Shown here: in pieces, positions 54,272 to 64,000 of the stretch
Layout: the number at the start of each line of letters is the position of its first letter
Position numbering within the stretch: position 1 is the stretch's first letter
Source: an uncultured Planctomycetaceae bacterium
Lineage (GTDB): Bacteria; Planctomycetota; Planctomycetia; Planctomycetales; Planctomycetaceae
Direction of reading: 5' to 3'
Length of the DNA stretch: 64,000 nt
Assembly (NCBI GenBank): GCA_963815195.1
Contig: CAWFGE010000015.1
Location: 608,001 to 672,000, forward strand
Notes under the pieces: model-generated
Seen by the model: only the letters and a program-made list of their open reading frames with translations
Databases searched by the model: none
Told to the model about the DNA's origin: nothing
Program-made: the position numbers and the translations under genes

Positions 54272-54787
54272 TTAATACGATGAAACTGCCCGGCGGGATT
54301 GTCCTAACACGACTTTGCGGGCCAGGGTTTGCAATGCGCGAAACCCACCGACGACCAACGCCGTCATCGCCGCGGTGGAAGTGATCAGCAGTACGAGCCG
54401 GGCGTGATCGAATTGCCGGCCGGTGATCAACAGCCGCACGGTGTTGGAAACGGCGAGCGCGGCCAGGACGGTCGCAAATGTCAACAATGTCAGCCGCACG
54501 ACTCCCGGTGAAGCCGGCCGCCTGAGCCGATGCAGCAGAAAAAAAGCCGCCGCCGTGAAACACGCCATCTCCACGCCCAAGGGACCGGCGAAGAGGCAAT
54601 CGCTCACCGATCCCGCCACCGCCGCCCACACGAGGGCGGTCCAGTTCTCGAAGTACACCACGGCCGTGACCACCACGAGAAATAAAAAGTGCGGCCCGAT
54701 TCCCACACCCGCAAGCGACGGCGAACCCGCCCCCACAGCGAGCACCGCCGCCAGGTAAGTGAAAAGCACAAATCCCAATTGGTGCAT
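54272..54787 (-). CDS. mreD: Rod shape-determining protein MreD-like
   Basis: Small polytopic membrane protein with a GSVSDCL...PLG pattern, between mreC and pbp2. Confidence 0.7.
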   Translation of the reverse strand: MHQLGFVLFTYLAAVLAVGAGSPSLAGVGIGPHFLFLVVVTAVVYFENWTALVWAAVAGSVSDCLFAGPLGVEMACFTAAAFFLLHRLRRPASPGVVRLTLLTFATVLAALAVSNTVRLLITGRQFDHARLVLLITSTAAMTALVVGGFRALQTLARKVVLGQSRRAVSSY

Positions 54788-54897
54788 GGTTTTGTCTTTC
54801 AAACGAAAAATGGCGAGCGTGGGGCGTCCGCCCCATGATGTTTGCGGTCTTTGAAAATCTCCCAATCATGGGGCGGGCGCCCACGTTCGCCGGGGCT

Positions 54898-55873
54898 CTA
54901 ATTCGTCAAAGTGCGCGAGAGGCCCAGTTGGGTCCGCAGCACGGTGACGGTGGGGGCCTCCAAGCTTTTGACGGCCGGTTCCACGCGGATGTCCCATTCC
55001 TGATCGCCGGGATTCAACTCCGCCCGCACCACCCGGCCGTAGTACATCGGATAAACCTGCGTGCCCGTCTGATCGCCGGTGTAAACCTCGTCGCCCACTT
55101 CCACCGGCTCGGTCGCGGGAACGTACCGCAATCGGCAGAGTTTTTCGCCTCGGCCTTCCAACACGCCCTCGGCTCCGAATACAAACCCGTCGTCTGTCCG
55201 CCGAACAAGCTGGGCCAACCCGCGATAGTTTTCATCCGTGATTTTTTGAATCGTGCTCACCGATCGCCCGACCTCGGCCAACCGCCCGACCACGCACCGC
55301 CCGGAATACACCGGGTGTCCTTGAGCCAACTTCGCCTCTTGCCCCTGATCGATCAAAGGCATTCGGCTTTCCAGAACCAGATCGCGATCGGCCAAACCGT
55401 CGGCCGCGCCGCGGTTCACGATCCGCTCGCCTTGCCAGAGAGGACCGGTTCCGCGGTTCAAGACCGCCGCTTCCAGAAGCTCCACTTCGACAAGCGGCCG
55501 GCCGGGTCGCACGGGATAAGGGCTCGGCCCCGTCTCCGCCAGTTGTTCGAGCTTTCGATGGAGGCCCGGCATTGTCGATTTCCAATTGGCGACAGTGCGC
55601 TTGCGAGGTCGCCAACTCCGCCGCGAGCCGCCGGGCTTCGCCGGCCCTGTCATCCTTCTGAATCGAAGGCCACTCCAAGGACCACCCGGCCGTCAACTCC
55701 CGAACGCGAGATTGGGTTTGATGCAGACCTTCCAAGCCCGGCCCGAGCGCATCGAGAAGATGTGTCCGCAGCGCCTGGACCTGGGCGGACGGAACAAACG
55801 CCAGGCCGATCGCCACGCCGCCCAACAGCAGCGCCACGCGGAAATGGGAACTCGGCAAGGAAGACTTCATCAT
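54898..55873 (-). CDS. mreC: Rod shape-determining protein MreC (frameshift near 55570)
   Basis: TM and coiled coil, VVGRLAEVG, VEVGDEVYT, IRVEPAV; follows mreB. Confidence 0.8.
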
Positions 55874-55890
55874 CGGGTTATGGGGAGGTT

Positions 55891-56940
55891 TCAAAGATCA
55901 TGATCGCCCGCGTCCAGGCTGTCGCGCCACTGCGAGAGGTGTTCCAGACAGATCGCGGTGCCTCGGGCGACGGTGGTCAGCGGATCGTCCGCGACGCGCA
56001 CCGGAATGCCAAGTTGCTCTTCCATCAAGAGGTCGAGATTCCGCAACAGCGCCCCGCCGCCGGTGAGCACCAGGCCGTTGTCCGCGAGGTCGGCGACGAG
56101 TTCGGGCTGGCAGTTTTCGATCGTGCTTTTGACGCAGTTGAGGATCGCTTCCAAGGGGCCATGCAGCGATTCGCGGATTTCTTCGCTGGTGATGATCGCC
56201 TTCCGCGGGATGCCGCTGATCGTGTCCAACCCGCTGACCTCGGCCGTCAGTTCTTGTTCCAACGGGTAAGCGCTTCCGATCTGGATTTTCAGATGCTCCG
56301 CCGTCTGCTCGCCGATGCGGAGCGAGAAATGCTGCTTCAGATATTCGACGATCGCTTCGTCCAACTCATCGCCCGCGACGCGGATCGAGCGGCTGACGGC
56401 GATGTCGGCGAGGCTCAAAATCGCCACCTCCGTCGTGCCGCCGCCGATGTCGCAGACCATGCTCGCCATCGGCTCGGAAATGGGCAAGCCCGCCCCGATG
56501 CTCGCGGCTTTCGATTCGTTGATCAGCCAGACCCGCCCGGCTCCCGCGCGCTCGGCACTGTTGAAGACGGCCCGTTTTTCCACCGGCGTAATCCCGCCCG
56601 GAACCGCGATGATCACCCGCGGCCTCAAACCCCGGCTGTTCCGGCGGGCCTTCTTGATGAAATACCTGAGCATCGCCTCGCACAGTTCAAAATCGGTGAT
56701 CACGCCGTCTTTGAGCGGCCGGACCGCGGTGATGGAATCGGGCGTCCGGCCCAGCATCTGCTTAGCCAGCTTGCCGACGGCAGTGCCCTTTCCGAGCACC
56801 CGCCTTGTGCCCTTTTGGAGGGCGACTACGGATGGTTCATCCAACCGCACGCCTTCGCCGTAACTGGCGACGAGGGTGTTCGCGGTCCCCAGATCGATCG
56901 CCAGATCGGGGCAAATCCATTGTCTGAGCCGCTTGAGCAT
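55891..56940 (-). CDS. mreB: Rod shape-determining protein MreB
   Basis: IDLGTANT, RPLKDGVI, DIGGGTTE, LTGGGALL. Confidence 0.97.
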   Translation of the reverse strand: MLKRLRQWICPDLAIDLGTANTLVASYGEGVRLDEPSVVALQKGTRRVLGKGTAVGKLAKQMLGRTPDSITAVRPLKDGVITDFELCEAMLRYFIKKARRNSRGLRPRVIIAVPGGITPVEKRAVFNSAERAGAGRVWLINESKAASIGAGLPISEPMASMVCDIGGGTTEVAILSLADIAVSRSIRVAGDELDEAIVEYLKQHFSLRIGEQTAEHLKIQIGSAYPLEQELTAEVSGLDTISGIPRKAIITSEEIRESLHGPLEAILNCVKSTIENCQPELVADLADNGLVLTGGGALLRNLDLLMEEQLGIPVRVADDPLTTVARGTAICLEHLSQWRDSLDAGDHDL

Positions 56941-57117
56941 CCGTGCTCTGCCAAAGAGGAAACACAATCCGAGCGCAGTTCATCCCCGCACCCGGCGAAG
57001 ACCGCGTGTTGTACTTGGGATGTGCATTTTCCGCAAGATGATCTTGAAGGAAGGGGCAAAGGCCACAGAGGCCCCACAGGAGCAAAGGGGAAAGAGTGGC
57101 CGCGCATTCCGGCTTTT

Positions 57118-57147
57118 CTTAATCTTAATCTTAATCTTAATCTTAAT
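57118..57147. repeat. (CTTAAT)5 hexanucleotide repeat
   Basis: Five exact units upstream of mreB. Confidence 0.9.
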
Positions 57148-57381
57148 CCCTTCCCCGCGTGCCCAAGCTCCGCTAGCTCCGCTTGGGAACGGAAAAACCG
57201 CGGACGCCTTGAGTGTCAGGCCGGGGCCACCTGTCTCGCAAGAAAAAGCGTGACAACAAAGCAGCCGAGGGCTACAATTCGGCTTAGACCAATTGATTGA
57301 CCGAGTGTTAGGCTGCAAACTTGCAGTCTACAGGTAACACGCTGACCATTCTTAAACGAAGTTCGGGCCTGTACGAATGGC

Positions 57382-57906
57382 TTGGCAACAATGCGAATCA
57401 CGACGTTTGATCTTGACGAACACCAGCCGTGTGCCATTGACGTGGCGCTTCGGCGTCTGGCGGCATCTGCCGAGCCATTGAAAGCTGCTTCTTGGCAGAA
57501 GCTCTTGGATTTGGTCGCCTACCTTCAGTCGGGTGCCTCTGAAAGTGAACTTCGGGGCCAGATAGTGCGCCACGAATTGTTGTTGTTTAAACCGGAGCCT
57601 CCCGACCCAATCCGGGATATGCAAATGAAGAGGTTCATGAAGGAGTGGCGTGCGCTGAATCCGGATTCGGCCATGTGGGGTGATCGTCGTTTCAGGCGTG
57701 AGATGATGCGGCGATTCCCAACCAAACCCGAAGTTCGCGTTTCCGTGCGGATCGATTGGCGAGACCATGCGCCGCTTCAAGACGGCCTTCCAGAAATGCA
57801 CTACAGGTTTCAAATCACGCGTCGTGGAAAGACCCTCACCGAAGATGCCCGCGTGAAAGATGTCGTTGAGGCAGCGCGTATCGTCTGCGAGGCATTTGGT
57901 TTGTAG
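57382..57906 (+). CDS. Hypothetical protein
   Basis: 174-aa ORF filling the intergenic gap; start uncertain (57391 possible). Confidence 0.55.
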   Translation: MATMRITTFDLDEHQPCAIDVALRRLAASAEPLKAASWQKLLDLVAYLQSGASESELRGQIVRHELLLFKPEPPDPIRDMQMKRFMKEWRALNPDSAMWGDRRFRREMMRRFPTKPEVRVSVRIDWRDHAPLQDGLPEMHYRFQITRRGKTLTEDARVKDVVEAARIVCEAFGL

Positions 57907-58175
57907 AAAGCTGCGAAGCTTGGCCCGAACCAGCAAGTCGAGTGGGCACTCCCCACCAATGATTCCACGACCCATTTTGCTGGGCGATGCCCACACGACT
58001 TCACTGATCTGGATGGATGGACGGTTGTTGTGATGGATTCCAAAAATGGCGCAGACACACGCGTGTAACGACGACCCGGCATTGTCGCTTGAACTCTGTT
58101 TGATGTCATCGCATGATGGCTGTCGTCTTTTGTGTTGCTCTCTTCCGCGATTCGGTTCTCTGGGATTCTCACCTT

Positions 58176-60065
58176 ATGACTTCGATCAAACCTGTGACTT
58201 GTGCGCTGTGGGCGTGTGTGTTGGCGATGGTTCCTTCGGGAATGGTCCGCGGTCAGGGCGTGGATCACATCAAAGCGCACTACACCAAGTACGAATACCG
58301 GATTCCCATGCGGGACGGGAAACGGCTCTTCACGGCGGTGTATGTGCCCAAGGACGATTCGCAAAAGTATCCCATGATGCTGCACCGCACGCCCTACAGC
58401 GTTCGGCCGTACGGGGCGGATCATTATCCTTCCAGCCTCGGCCCGTCCGACTTGTTCGCGAAAGAAGGTTACATCTTCGTGTACCAGGACGTGCGCGGCC
58501 GCTGGATGTCGGAGGGCGAGTTTGTGCAAATGCGGCCGCACGTGACGCAGAAGCCCTCCAAAACCGATATCGATGAAAGCACCGACACTTGGGACACCGT
58601 GGATTGGCTCGTCCAACACGTCGCCGGCCACAACGGGCGGGCGGGCATCTCCGGGATTTCCTATCCGGGGTTTTACACGGCAGCGGGGATTATCGACTCG
58701 CACCCGGCGATCAAAGCCGCGTCCCCGCAAGCTCCGGTCAACGATTGGTTCGCCGGCGACGACTGGCATCATAACGGGGCCTTCTTCATGGCCCACATGT
58801 TCAACTGGATGTCCCGCAGCGGCCGGCATCGCCCCGAACCCACCAAAGACTACCGCCGAAACACCTTCGACTACGGCACGCCCGACGGCTTCGAATTCTA
58901 CCGCCGGATCGAAACGCTCTCCGAAATCGACGAGAAATACCTCAAAGGCGATGTGCCGTTCTGGCAGGCGACCATGAAGCACGGCAGCTACGATGACTTC
59001 TGGAAGTCGCGAAATATCCGGCCGCATCTCAACAACGTCAAACCCGCCGTGATGACCGTGGGCGGCTGGTTTGATGCGGAGAATCTGTTCGGGGCCCTGG
59101 AAACCTACAAGTCCATCGAGGCCCGCAATCCCGAGACGATCAACACACTGGTCATGGGACCCTGGCGGCACGGCGGCTGGTCGCGGAGCGACGGGGCTTC
59201 CTTCGGCGACATTCCCTTCAACTCCAAAACCGCTGAATTTTACCGCGAGAAGATCGAGTTTCCCTTCTTTCAAAAACACCTGAAGGATAAAGGCGACGCG
59301 AAGCACCCCGAGGCCTGGGTGTTCGAGACCGGCACGAACCAATGGCGAAAGTACGAAAACTGGCCGCCTGCGAACGCTCAACCCAAGTCGATGTTCTTTC
59401 GCGCCGGCGAGCGGCTTTCATTCAACCCGCCGACTGACGATGGCTCGGACGCTCATGATGAATACGTCAGCAACCCGAATAAACCGGTGCCTTATATGAA
59501 TGAAATCGTGGAAGGCATGAAGGCCGAGTACATGATCGCCGACCAACGCTTCGCCAGCCGCCGGCCCGATGTGCTGGTGTATCAGACGGGCGAACTTGAG
59601 GAAGATGTCACGATCACGGGCCCGGTCGAGGTCGATCTGATCGTCTCCACGTCGGGCACGGACAGCGATTGGGTCGTCAAGCTGATCGATGTTTATCCCG
59701 ACGATTACCCCGATCCCCAGCCCAATCCGAAAGAAGTCCGCATGGGCGGCTACCAGCAGCTCGTGCGGGGCGATGTGATGCGCGGGAAGTTTCGCAAGAG
59801 CTTTGAAAAGCCCGAACCCTTCGAGCCGAGCCAGCCCACGCGGGTCAAATTCACGATGCCCGATACTTACCACTGTTTCCGCTCGGGGCATCGCATCATG
59901 GTGCAGGTGCAAAGCACGTGGTTCCCGCTGGTGGACCGCAACCCGCAAACGTTCTGCGACATCTTCCAGGCGAAAGCCTCCGATTACCAATCGGCGACGC
60001 AGCGGGTGTTCCGCTCGCCCGATGCCGCGTCCCGGTTGAACATCCGGGTGCTCCCCCGAAAATGA
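58176..60065 (+). CDS. CocE/NonD family hydrolase
   Basis: IPMRDG, RTPY, QDVRGR..SEG, GISYPG, GGWFDAE, GPWRHG. Confidence 0.93.
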   Translation: MTSIKPVTCALWACVLAMVPSGMVRGQGVDHIKAHYTKYEYRIPMRDGKRLFTAVYVPKDDSQKYPMMLHRTPYSVRPYGADHYPSSLGPSDLFAKEGYIFVYQDVRGRWMSEGEFVQMRPHVTQKPSKTDIDESTDTWDTVDWLVQHVAGHNGRAGISGISYPGFYTAAGIIDSHPAIKAASPQAPVNDWFAGDDWHHNGAFFMAHMFNWMSRSGRHRPEPTKDYRRNTFDYGTPDGFEFYRRIETLSEIDEKYLKGDVPFWQATMKHGSYDDFWKSRNIRPHLNNVKPAVMTVGGWFDAENLFGALETYKSIEARNPETINTLVMGPWRHGGWSRSDGASFGDIPFNSKTAEFYREKIEFPFFQKHLKDKGDAKHPEAWVFETGTNQWRKYENWPPANAQPKSMFFRAGERLSFNPPTDDGSDAHDEYVSNPNKPVPYMNEIVEGMKAEYMIADQRFASRRPDVLVYQTGELEEDVTITGPVEVDLIVSTSGTDSDWVVKLIDVYPDDYPDPQPNPKEVRMGGYQQLVRGDVMRGKFRKSFEKPEPFEPSQPTRVKFTMPDTYHCFRSGHRIMVQVQSTWFPLVDRNPQTFCDIFQAKASDYQSATQRVFRSPDAASRLNIRVLPRK

Positions 60066-60077
60066 AGCGGCGTCTCG

Positions 60078-60563
60078 TCAGGTTTTCGCCGCGTAGAGTT
60101 CCGCGTATTCGAGCACGCGCTGGTCGATCATCGCCCGCAGGGAATCCACATCGGCTTCCGCCAGGAATTGGAACTGGGAATTGCTGACGGCTTCCTTGTT
60201 GTGAATCGTGCCCTTGGCGACGAGCTCGACGATGTGGGTCGAGCTGAAGGGGCGGATCAAGAGTTCAAACCGGCTGAAAAGATTTCCCGTGGCCCGGTGG
60301 CGGCCCAGGTTCACGTCGTCGCGGGAGACTTTCGCTCCCCAGCCGTCTTCGCTGATCACCGTTTGATACTGAAAACCGGGGAAATGGTCGGCCAGTTTTC
60401 TCAAGCAGCTTTCGATGTGCTCCGACAACTCCAGGCGGTACTGCGAGTGCAGGTTTTTGAGATCCTCTTCGCTGAGGGCGCGTTCCGCCTGCTCGCGAAC
60501 CTTGAAATCGCGGGTTTTCTCCCCGCGGATGATGGCTTTTTGCAAACGCTGGTCAAAGTCCAT
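60078..60563 (-). CDS. Hypothetical protein
   Basis: 161-aa ORF with host codon usage. Confidence 0.75.
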   Translation of the reverse strand: MDFDQRLQKAIIRGEKTRDFKVREQAERALSEEDLKNLHSQYRLELSEHIESCLRKLADHFPGFQYQTVISEDGWGAKVSRDDVNLGRHRATGNLFSRFELLIRPFSSTHIVELVAKGTIHNKEAVSNSQFQFLAEADVDSLRAMIDQRVLEYAELYAAKT

Positions 60564-60669
60564 AGCCGAGGCCTAAACCGAATGTTGGCGAGAAATTGTT
60601 AAAACACCGCTCCCATTTGGCATTTTATGCCTGCGGAGATTGCCGTGCAACGCAGGGTTCGCCGGGGGC

Positions 60670-61212
60670 TCAGCGGAAACCGCGGCGGCGCTGGGAGCTG
60701 TAGCGTTCGAGAGCCTCTTCGATCACGGGCAAGGCGTGCTCCGCCGGCTGGAACTCGTCCACTTCCACCGTCTTGCCTTCGAGCTGCTTGTAATCCTGGA
60801 AAAACCGCCGGAGCGTGGCCAGCCGATGCTGCGGCAGGTCCCGCGTATCGTGGAGGGTGTTGTACTCCGGATCGTGGACGGCGACGGCGAGAATTTTGTG
60901 GTCCTTCTTGCCGCTGTCGATCATCGTCATCAGCCCGATTGCCCGCGCTTCCACCAAAGTCAGCGGGGCGACGGCTTCCTGGCAGAGCACGACGACATCG
61001 AGCGGATCGCCGTCCTCGGCGAGCGTCTGCGGAATAAACCCGTAACTCGCCGGGTAATACACGGCCGAATACAAAATCCGGTCGAGCCGCAGGAGGCCGG
61101 TCTCCTTGTCCAATTCGTACTTCACGTTGGAGCCGCTGGGAATCTCGATCACACTGGTGAAAACCCGCGGAGCGTCCTCCCCGGGAGTCACATCGTGCCA
61201 GGCGTGGGTCAT
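60670..61212 (-). CDS. ppa: Inorganic pyrophosphatase (family I)
   Basis: [32 protein letters not shown]. Confidence 0.95.
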   Translation of the reverse strand: MTHAWHDVTPGEDAPRVFTSVIEIPSGSNVKYELDKETGLLRLDRILYSAVYYPASYGFIPQTLAEDGDPLDVVVLCQEAVAPLTLVEARAIGLMTMIDSGKKDHKILAVAVHDPEYNTLHDTRDLPQHRLATLRRFFQDYKQLEGKTVEVDEFQPAEHALPVIEEALERYSSQRRRGFR

Positions 61213-61451
61213 GGGTTTTAGTCGCGGATTGAAACGGAGAAAAGAAAAGCCGGCGTTTTTTGGCGAAGTCAAAAGCAAAACGGCGGCGCGGAGCGTCTGG
61301 ACTGAAACGTAGTCCGCCCGGCCGAATTCCACAACCCCACAGGCGGCACGCCAAAAACTTCCAAATTCCCGTCCATTTGCGATTCCGACTCGGTCCGTTT
61401 ATGGTGGAGAGGTTGATTGGATCGTTCACAACTTCTCTGAGGGCTGCTTAG

Positions 61452-62846
61452 ATGGCCGGTCGCGTTCTTTTGCTGTGTGCGTTGGTGCTGGGTTCGGCTT
61501 GGTCTTCACCGGCGTGGGCGGCGAAGCGGCCGAACGTGCTGTTCTTGTTCGCGGATGACCAGCGGCCCGACACGATCGCCGCCTTGGGAAACCCCGTCAT
61601 CAAAACGCCCAACTTGGACCAACTTGCGAAGCGGGGGTTCGTGTTCAAGAACGCCTACTGCATGGGATCCACGGTGGGGGCGGTGTGCAATCCGTCCCGG
61701 CACATGATGCACAGCGGCATGGGACTGTTTCATTACGATCCCAAGAAGAAGGAAAACACCTGGGGCGATGTATTCCGCAAAGCCGGTTATACGACCTATC
61801 ACGAATCCAAGCGAGGCAACACCGCCCGCGAGTATCACAAAGCCTTCGAATACAGCAGCTATCTGGACGACATGAAAGAACGCCGATCCGGGCATCACGG
61901 GCGGACCGCGGCGAACCATGCGGTCGAGTTTCTGAACAAGACCTGGGACCGCGAGAAGCCGTTGTTCATGTACATTGGCTTTGCCGGCCCGCACGATCCC
62001 CGTGTCGCCGCCGACGAATGGATGAAGCTCTACGAGCGCGACAAAATCCCGCTGCCGGCGAACTATAGGCCCTTTCATCCGATCGACAACGGCTGGATGA
62101 CGGGCCGGGACGAGAAACTCGCCCCCTGGCCGCGGACTGAAGCCGTCGTCCGCAAGCATCTCCACGATTACTACGCGTGCATCTCTTCGATCGATCACAA
62201 CATCGGCCGCATCATCGAGACGTTCCAAGACCTGGGCGAACTCGACAATACCTATGTGATCTTCAGTGCCGACCACGGCCTGGCGGTGGGGAGTCACGGG
62301 TTGTTCGGCAAACAGAACCTCTACGAGCACTCCATGCGGTCGCCGATGATCTTCGCGGGGCCGGGCCTCAAAGCGGGGCGGTCGGAGGCGCTGATGTACC
62401 TGTTCGACATCTTCCCCACGGCGTGTGATCTCGCGGGATTGAAAGTTCCCGAAGGCCTGGATGGAAAAAGCGTCGCCCCGGTGATTCGCGGCGAAAAGTC
62501 CGCGCATCGCGAAACGATCTTTCTCGCTTTTGAAAAAGGCCAGCGGGCGGTGCGAAAGGGCGATTGGAAGTTGTACCGCTTTCCGCTGGTGAATTATTCG
62601 ATGCTCTTCAATCTGGCCGACGATCCGAACGAACTCCACAATCTCGCCGGCGATCCCCAATACGCGGGTCGGGTGGCCGAGATGATGGAGATCCTGGCCC
62701 GCGAGCAGAAATATTGGGACGATCCCCACCCGCACACGGTGAAAAATCCAAGCCCCGCCAAGATCGAGGATGCGTCGTTTTTCTCAAAAGCGGAGAACCA
62801 GGTGCAAAAGGGCAAACGCGGGGCAAGGGGCAATAAATCCCAATGA
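61452..62846 (+). CDS. Sulfatase
   Basis: PNVLFLFADD, TPNLD, CNPSR, PHDP, SADHG. Confidence 0.93.
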   Translation: MAGRVLLLCALVLGSAWSSPAWAAKRPNVLFLFADDQRPDTIAALGNPVIKTPNLDQLAKRGFVFKNAYCMGSTVGAVCNPSRHMMHSGMGLFHYDPKKKENTWGDVFRKAGYTTYHESKRGNTAREYHKAFEYSSYLDDMKERRSGHHGRTAANHAVEFLNKTWDREKPLFMYIGFAGPHDPRVAADEWMKLYERDKIPLPANYRPFHPIDNGWMTGRDEKLAPWPRTEAVVRKHLHDYYACISSIDHNIGRIIETFQDLGELDNTYVIFSADHGLAVGSHGLFGKQNLYEHSMRSPMIFAGPGLKAGRSEALMYLFDIFPTACDLAGLKVPEGLDGKSVAPVIRGEKSAHRETIFLAFEKGQRAVRKGDWKLYRFPLVNYSMLFNLADDPNELHNLAGDPQYAGRVAEMMEILAREQKYWDDPHPHTVKNPSPAKIEDASFFSKAENQVQKGKRGARGNKSQ

Positions 62847-63073
62847 CCCGTGAAGACGGCGAGCGTGGGGCGTCGGCCCCATGTTTTCGCAGACCGTGTC
62901 GGCTAATTTTTTCAACCCAAAGTTTTTGCTCTGACAGAGCGCTCGCGCCGACCGCTCGGATTCTCATATACGATCAGCGCAAAAAAACACACCCGGTCAC
63001 AAGGGATTGTAACCAGGCGGTTGGCTCTTAGAGAATCCGAAATCCGCATCTCGAAAACCCGAAGCGGACTTCT

Positions 63074-64000
63074 TCACCGCGAAGCCTGGCGGCTGAGGAC
63101 TTCCAGGCCTTTGAGGATGTCTTGATCCTGGGCCAGTTCCTGGTCGGTGCTTCCGCCGTAATAGGCGACGTGTTCGCCCGCGGGCCGTTCGACCACGACG
63201 TGCGGCCGCACGCCGACTTTGCCGTAGGTGTTGCCGTTCGGCGAATAGAATTTCGCGGTCGTCAGCCGCAAGCCGGTGGAGCCTTGCACGGGGAAGATGC
63301 TTTGCACCGACCATTTGCCGTAGGTCTGCCGGCCGACGATTGTGCCGCGGTGATGATCGAGAATGGCCCCGGCCACGATTTCGCTGGCACTGGCGCTGTC
63401 GCCGTCCACCAACAACACGAGCGGGATCGGAGTCGTGCCTTGCGGGCGGGCGGAGTAGCTCCAGTTCTGATCGGCGACCCGGCCTTTGGTGGAAACCAGA
63501 ACGCCGCCCGACAAAAACCGGTCCAGGACTTCGACCGCCGCGGTCAGAAGCCCGCCGGGATTGCCGCGCAGGTCCCAGATCAGGGATTTCATGCCTTGGC
63601 GTTTGAGGCTCGCGAGGGCGGCGTCCATCTCGGCCGCGGTGGTCTTTTGAAAGCCGGTCATTTGGATGTAGCCCACGCCGGTGCTTTCGTCGATGATCTT
63701 CGCCACGGGAATGCTTTTGACCTGCACGGCCCGGCGGGCGAAGCGTCCGGTGCGGGTTGGGTAACTTCCGAGGCTTTGAATCTCGATTTCCACCTGGCTT
63801 CCGGACGGCCCCCGCAATAAGCGGGCGGCTTCGTCGGTCGTCATATTCCGGCAGTCCTGCCCCTCGATGGCGACGATGTAATCGCCCCGCCGCAGCCCGC
63901 CTTCTTGCGCGGGGCTTTCGGGAAGCACATTCATCAACCGCATTCCGCGGCCGGCTTCGCCCTTCATTTCGATGCCCAGGCCCACGAACTCGCCTTCGAT
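63074..64000 (-). CDS. S41 family carboxyl-terminal protease with PDZ domain (5' end outside the window)
   Basis: VGLGIE PDZ motif, DLRGNPGG, SASASEI, TYGK. Confidence 0.92.
   Translation of the reverse strand: MEGEFVGLGIEMKGEAGRGMRLMNVLPESPAQEGGLRRGDYIVAIEGQDCRNMTTDEAARLLRGPSGSQVEIEIQSLGSYPTRTGRFARRAVQVKSIPVAKIIDESTGVGYIQMTGFQKTTAAEMDAALASLKRQGMKSLIWDLRGNPGGLLTAAVEVLDRFLSGGVLVSTKGRVADQNWSYSARPQGTTPIPLVLLVDGDSASASEIVAGAILDHHRGTIVGRQTYGKWSVQSIFPVQGSTGLRLTTAKFYSPNGNTYGKVGVRPHVVVERPAGEHVAYYGGSTDQELAQDQDILKGLEVLSRQASR

Overview
A GC-rich bacterial chromosomal window with the gene content typical of Planctomycetes (DUF1501 x3, DUF1549/DUF1553, DUF1559 prepilin-type, sulfatase, FGE-domain protein, Ser/Thr kinase). 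Housekeeping genes are the dnaK 3' end, clpB, accA, rpmF, mreB-mreC-mreD-pbp2, ppa and an S41 protease. About ten genes are split by frameshifts, including clpB, accA, mreC and pbp2; these are most likely long-read indel errors. The most unusual region is about 16.15-18.9 kb, a mosaic whose junctions mostly coincide with short palindromic REP-like elements. It holds two small ORFs (one Imm22-like), each followed by the same 87-bp repeat. It also holds a REP-truncated RAYT/Y1 transposase, a 22-codon RHS/YD fragment caught between two repeats, and a second copy of an ABC-ATPase 5' end that differs only at synonymous sites. Other highlights: two secreted Cys/Pro-rich repeat proteins sharing a T(A/C)AAG-N16-GCCGAT promoter-like motif; a perfect 7-1-7 Fur-like operator ahead of a DUF1559/lipoprotein/DUF4198-Kelch operon; a bacterial myo-inositol oxygenase next to a PI-PLC/GDPD-like gene; a decayed defence islet (GmrSD-like and ParE-like remnants); and tandemly amplified REP arms. 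No CRISPR array, tRNA or rRNA was seen. All family assignments come from motif recognition by eye, not from database searches.
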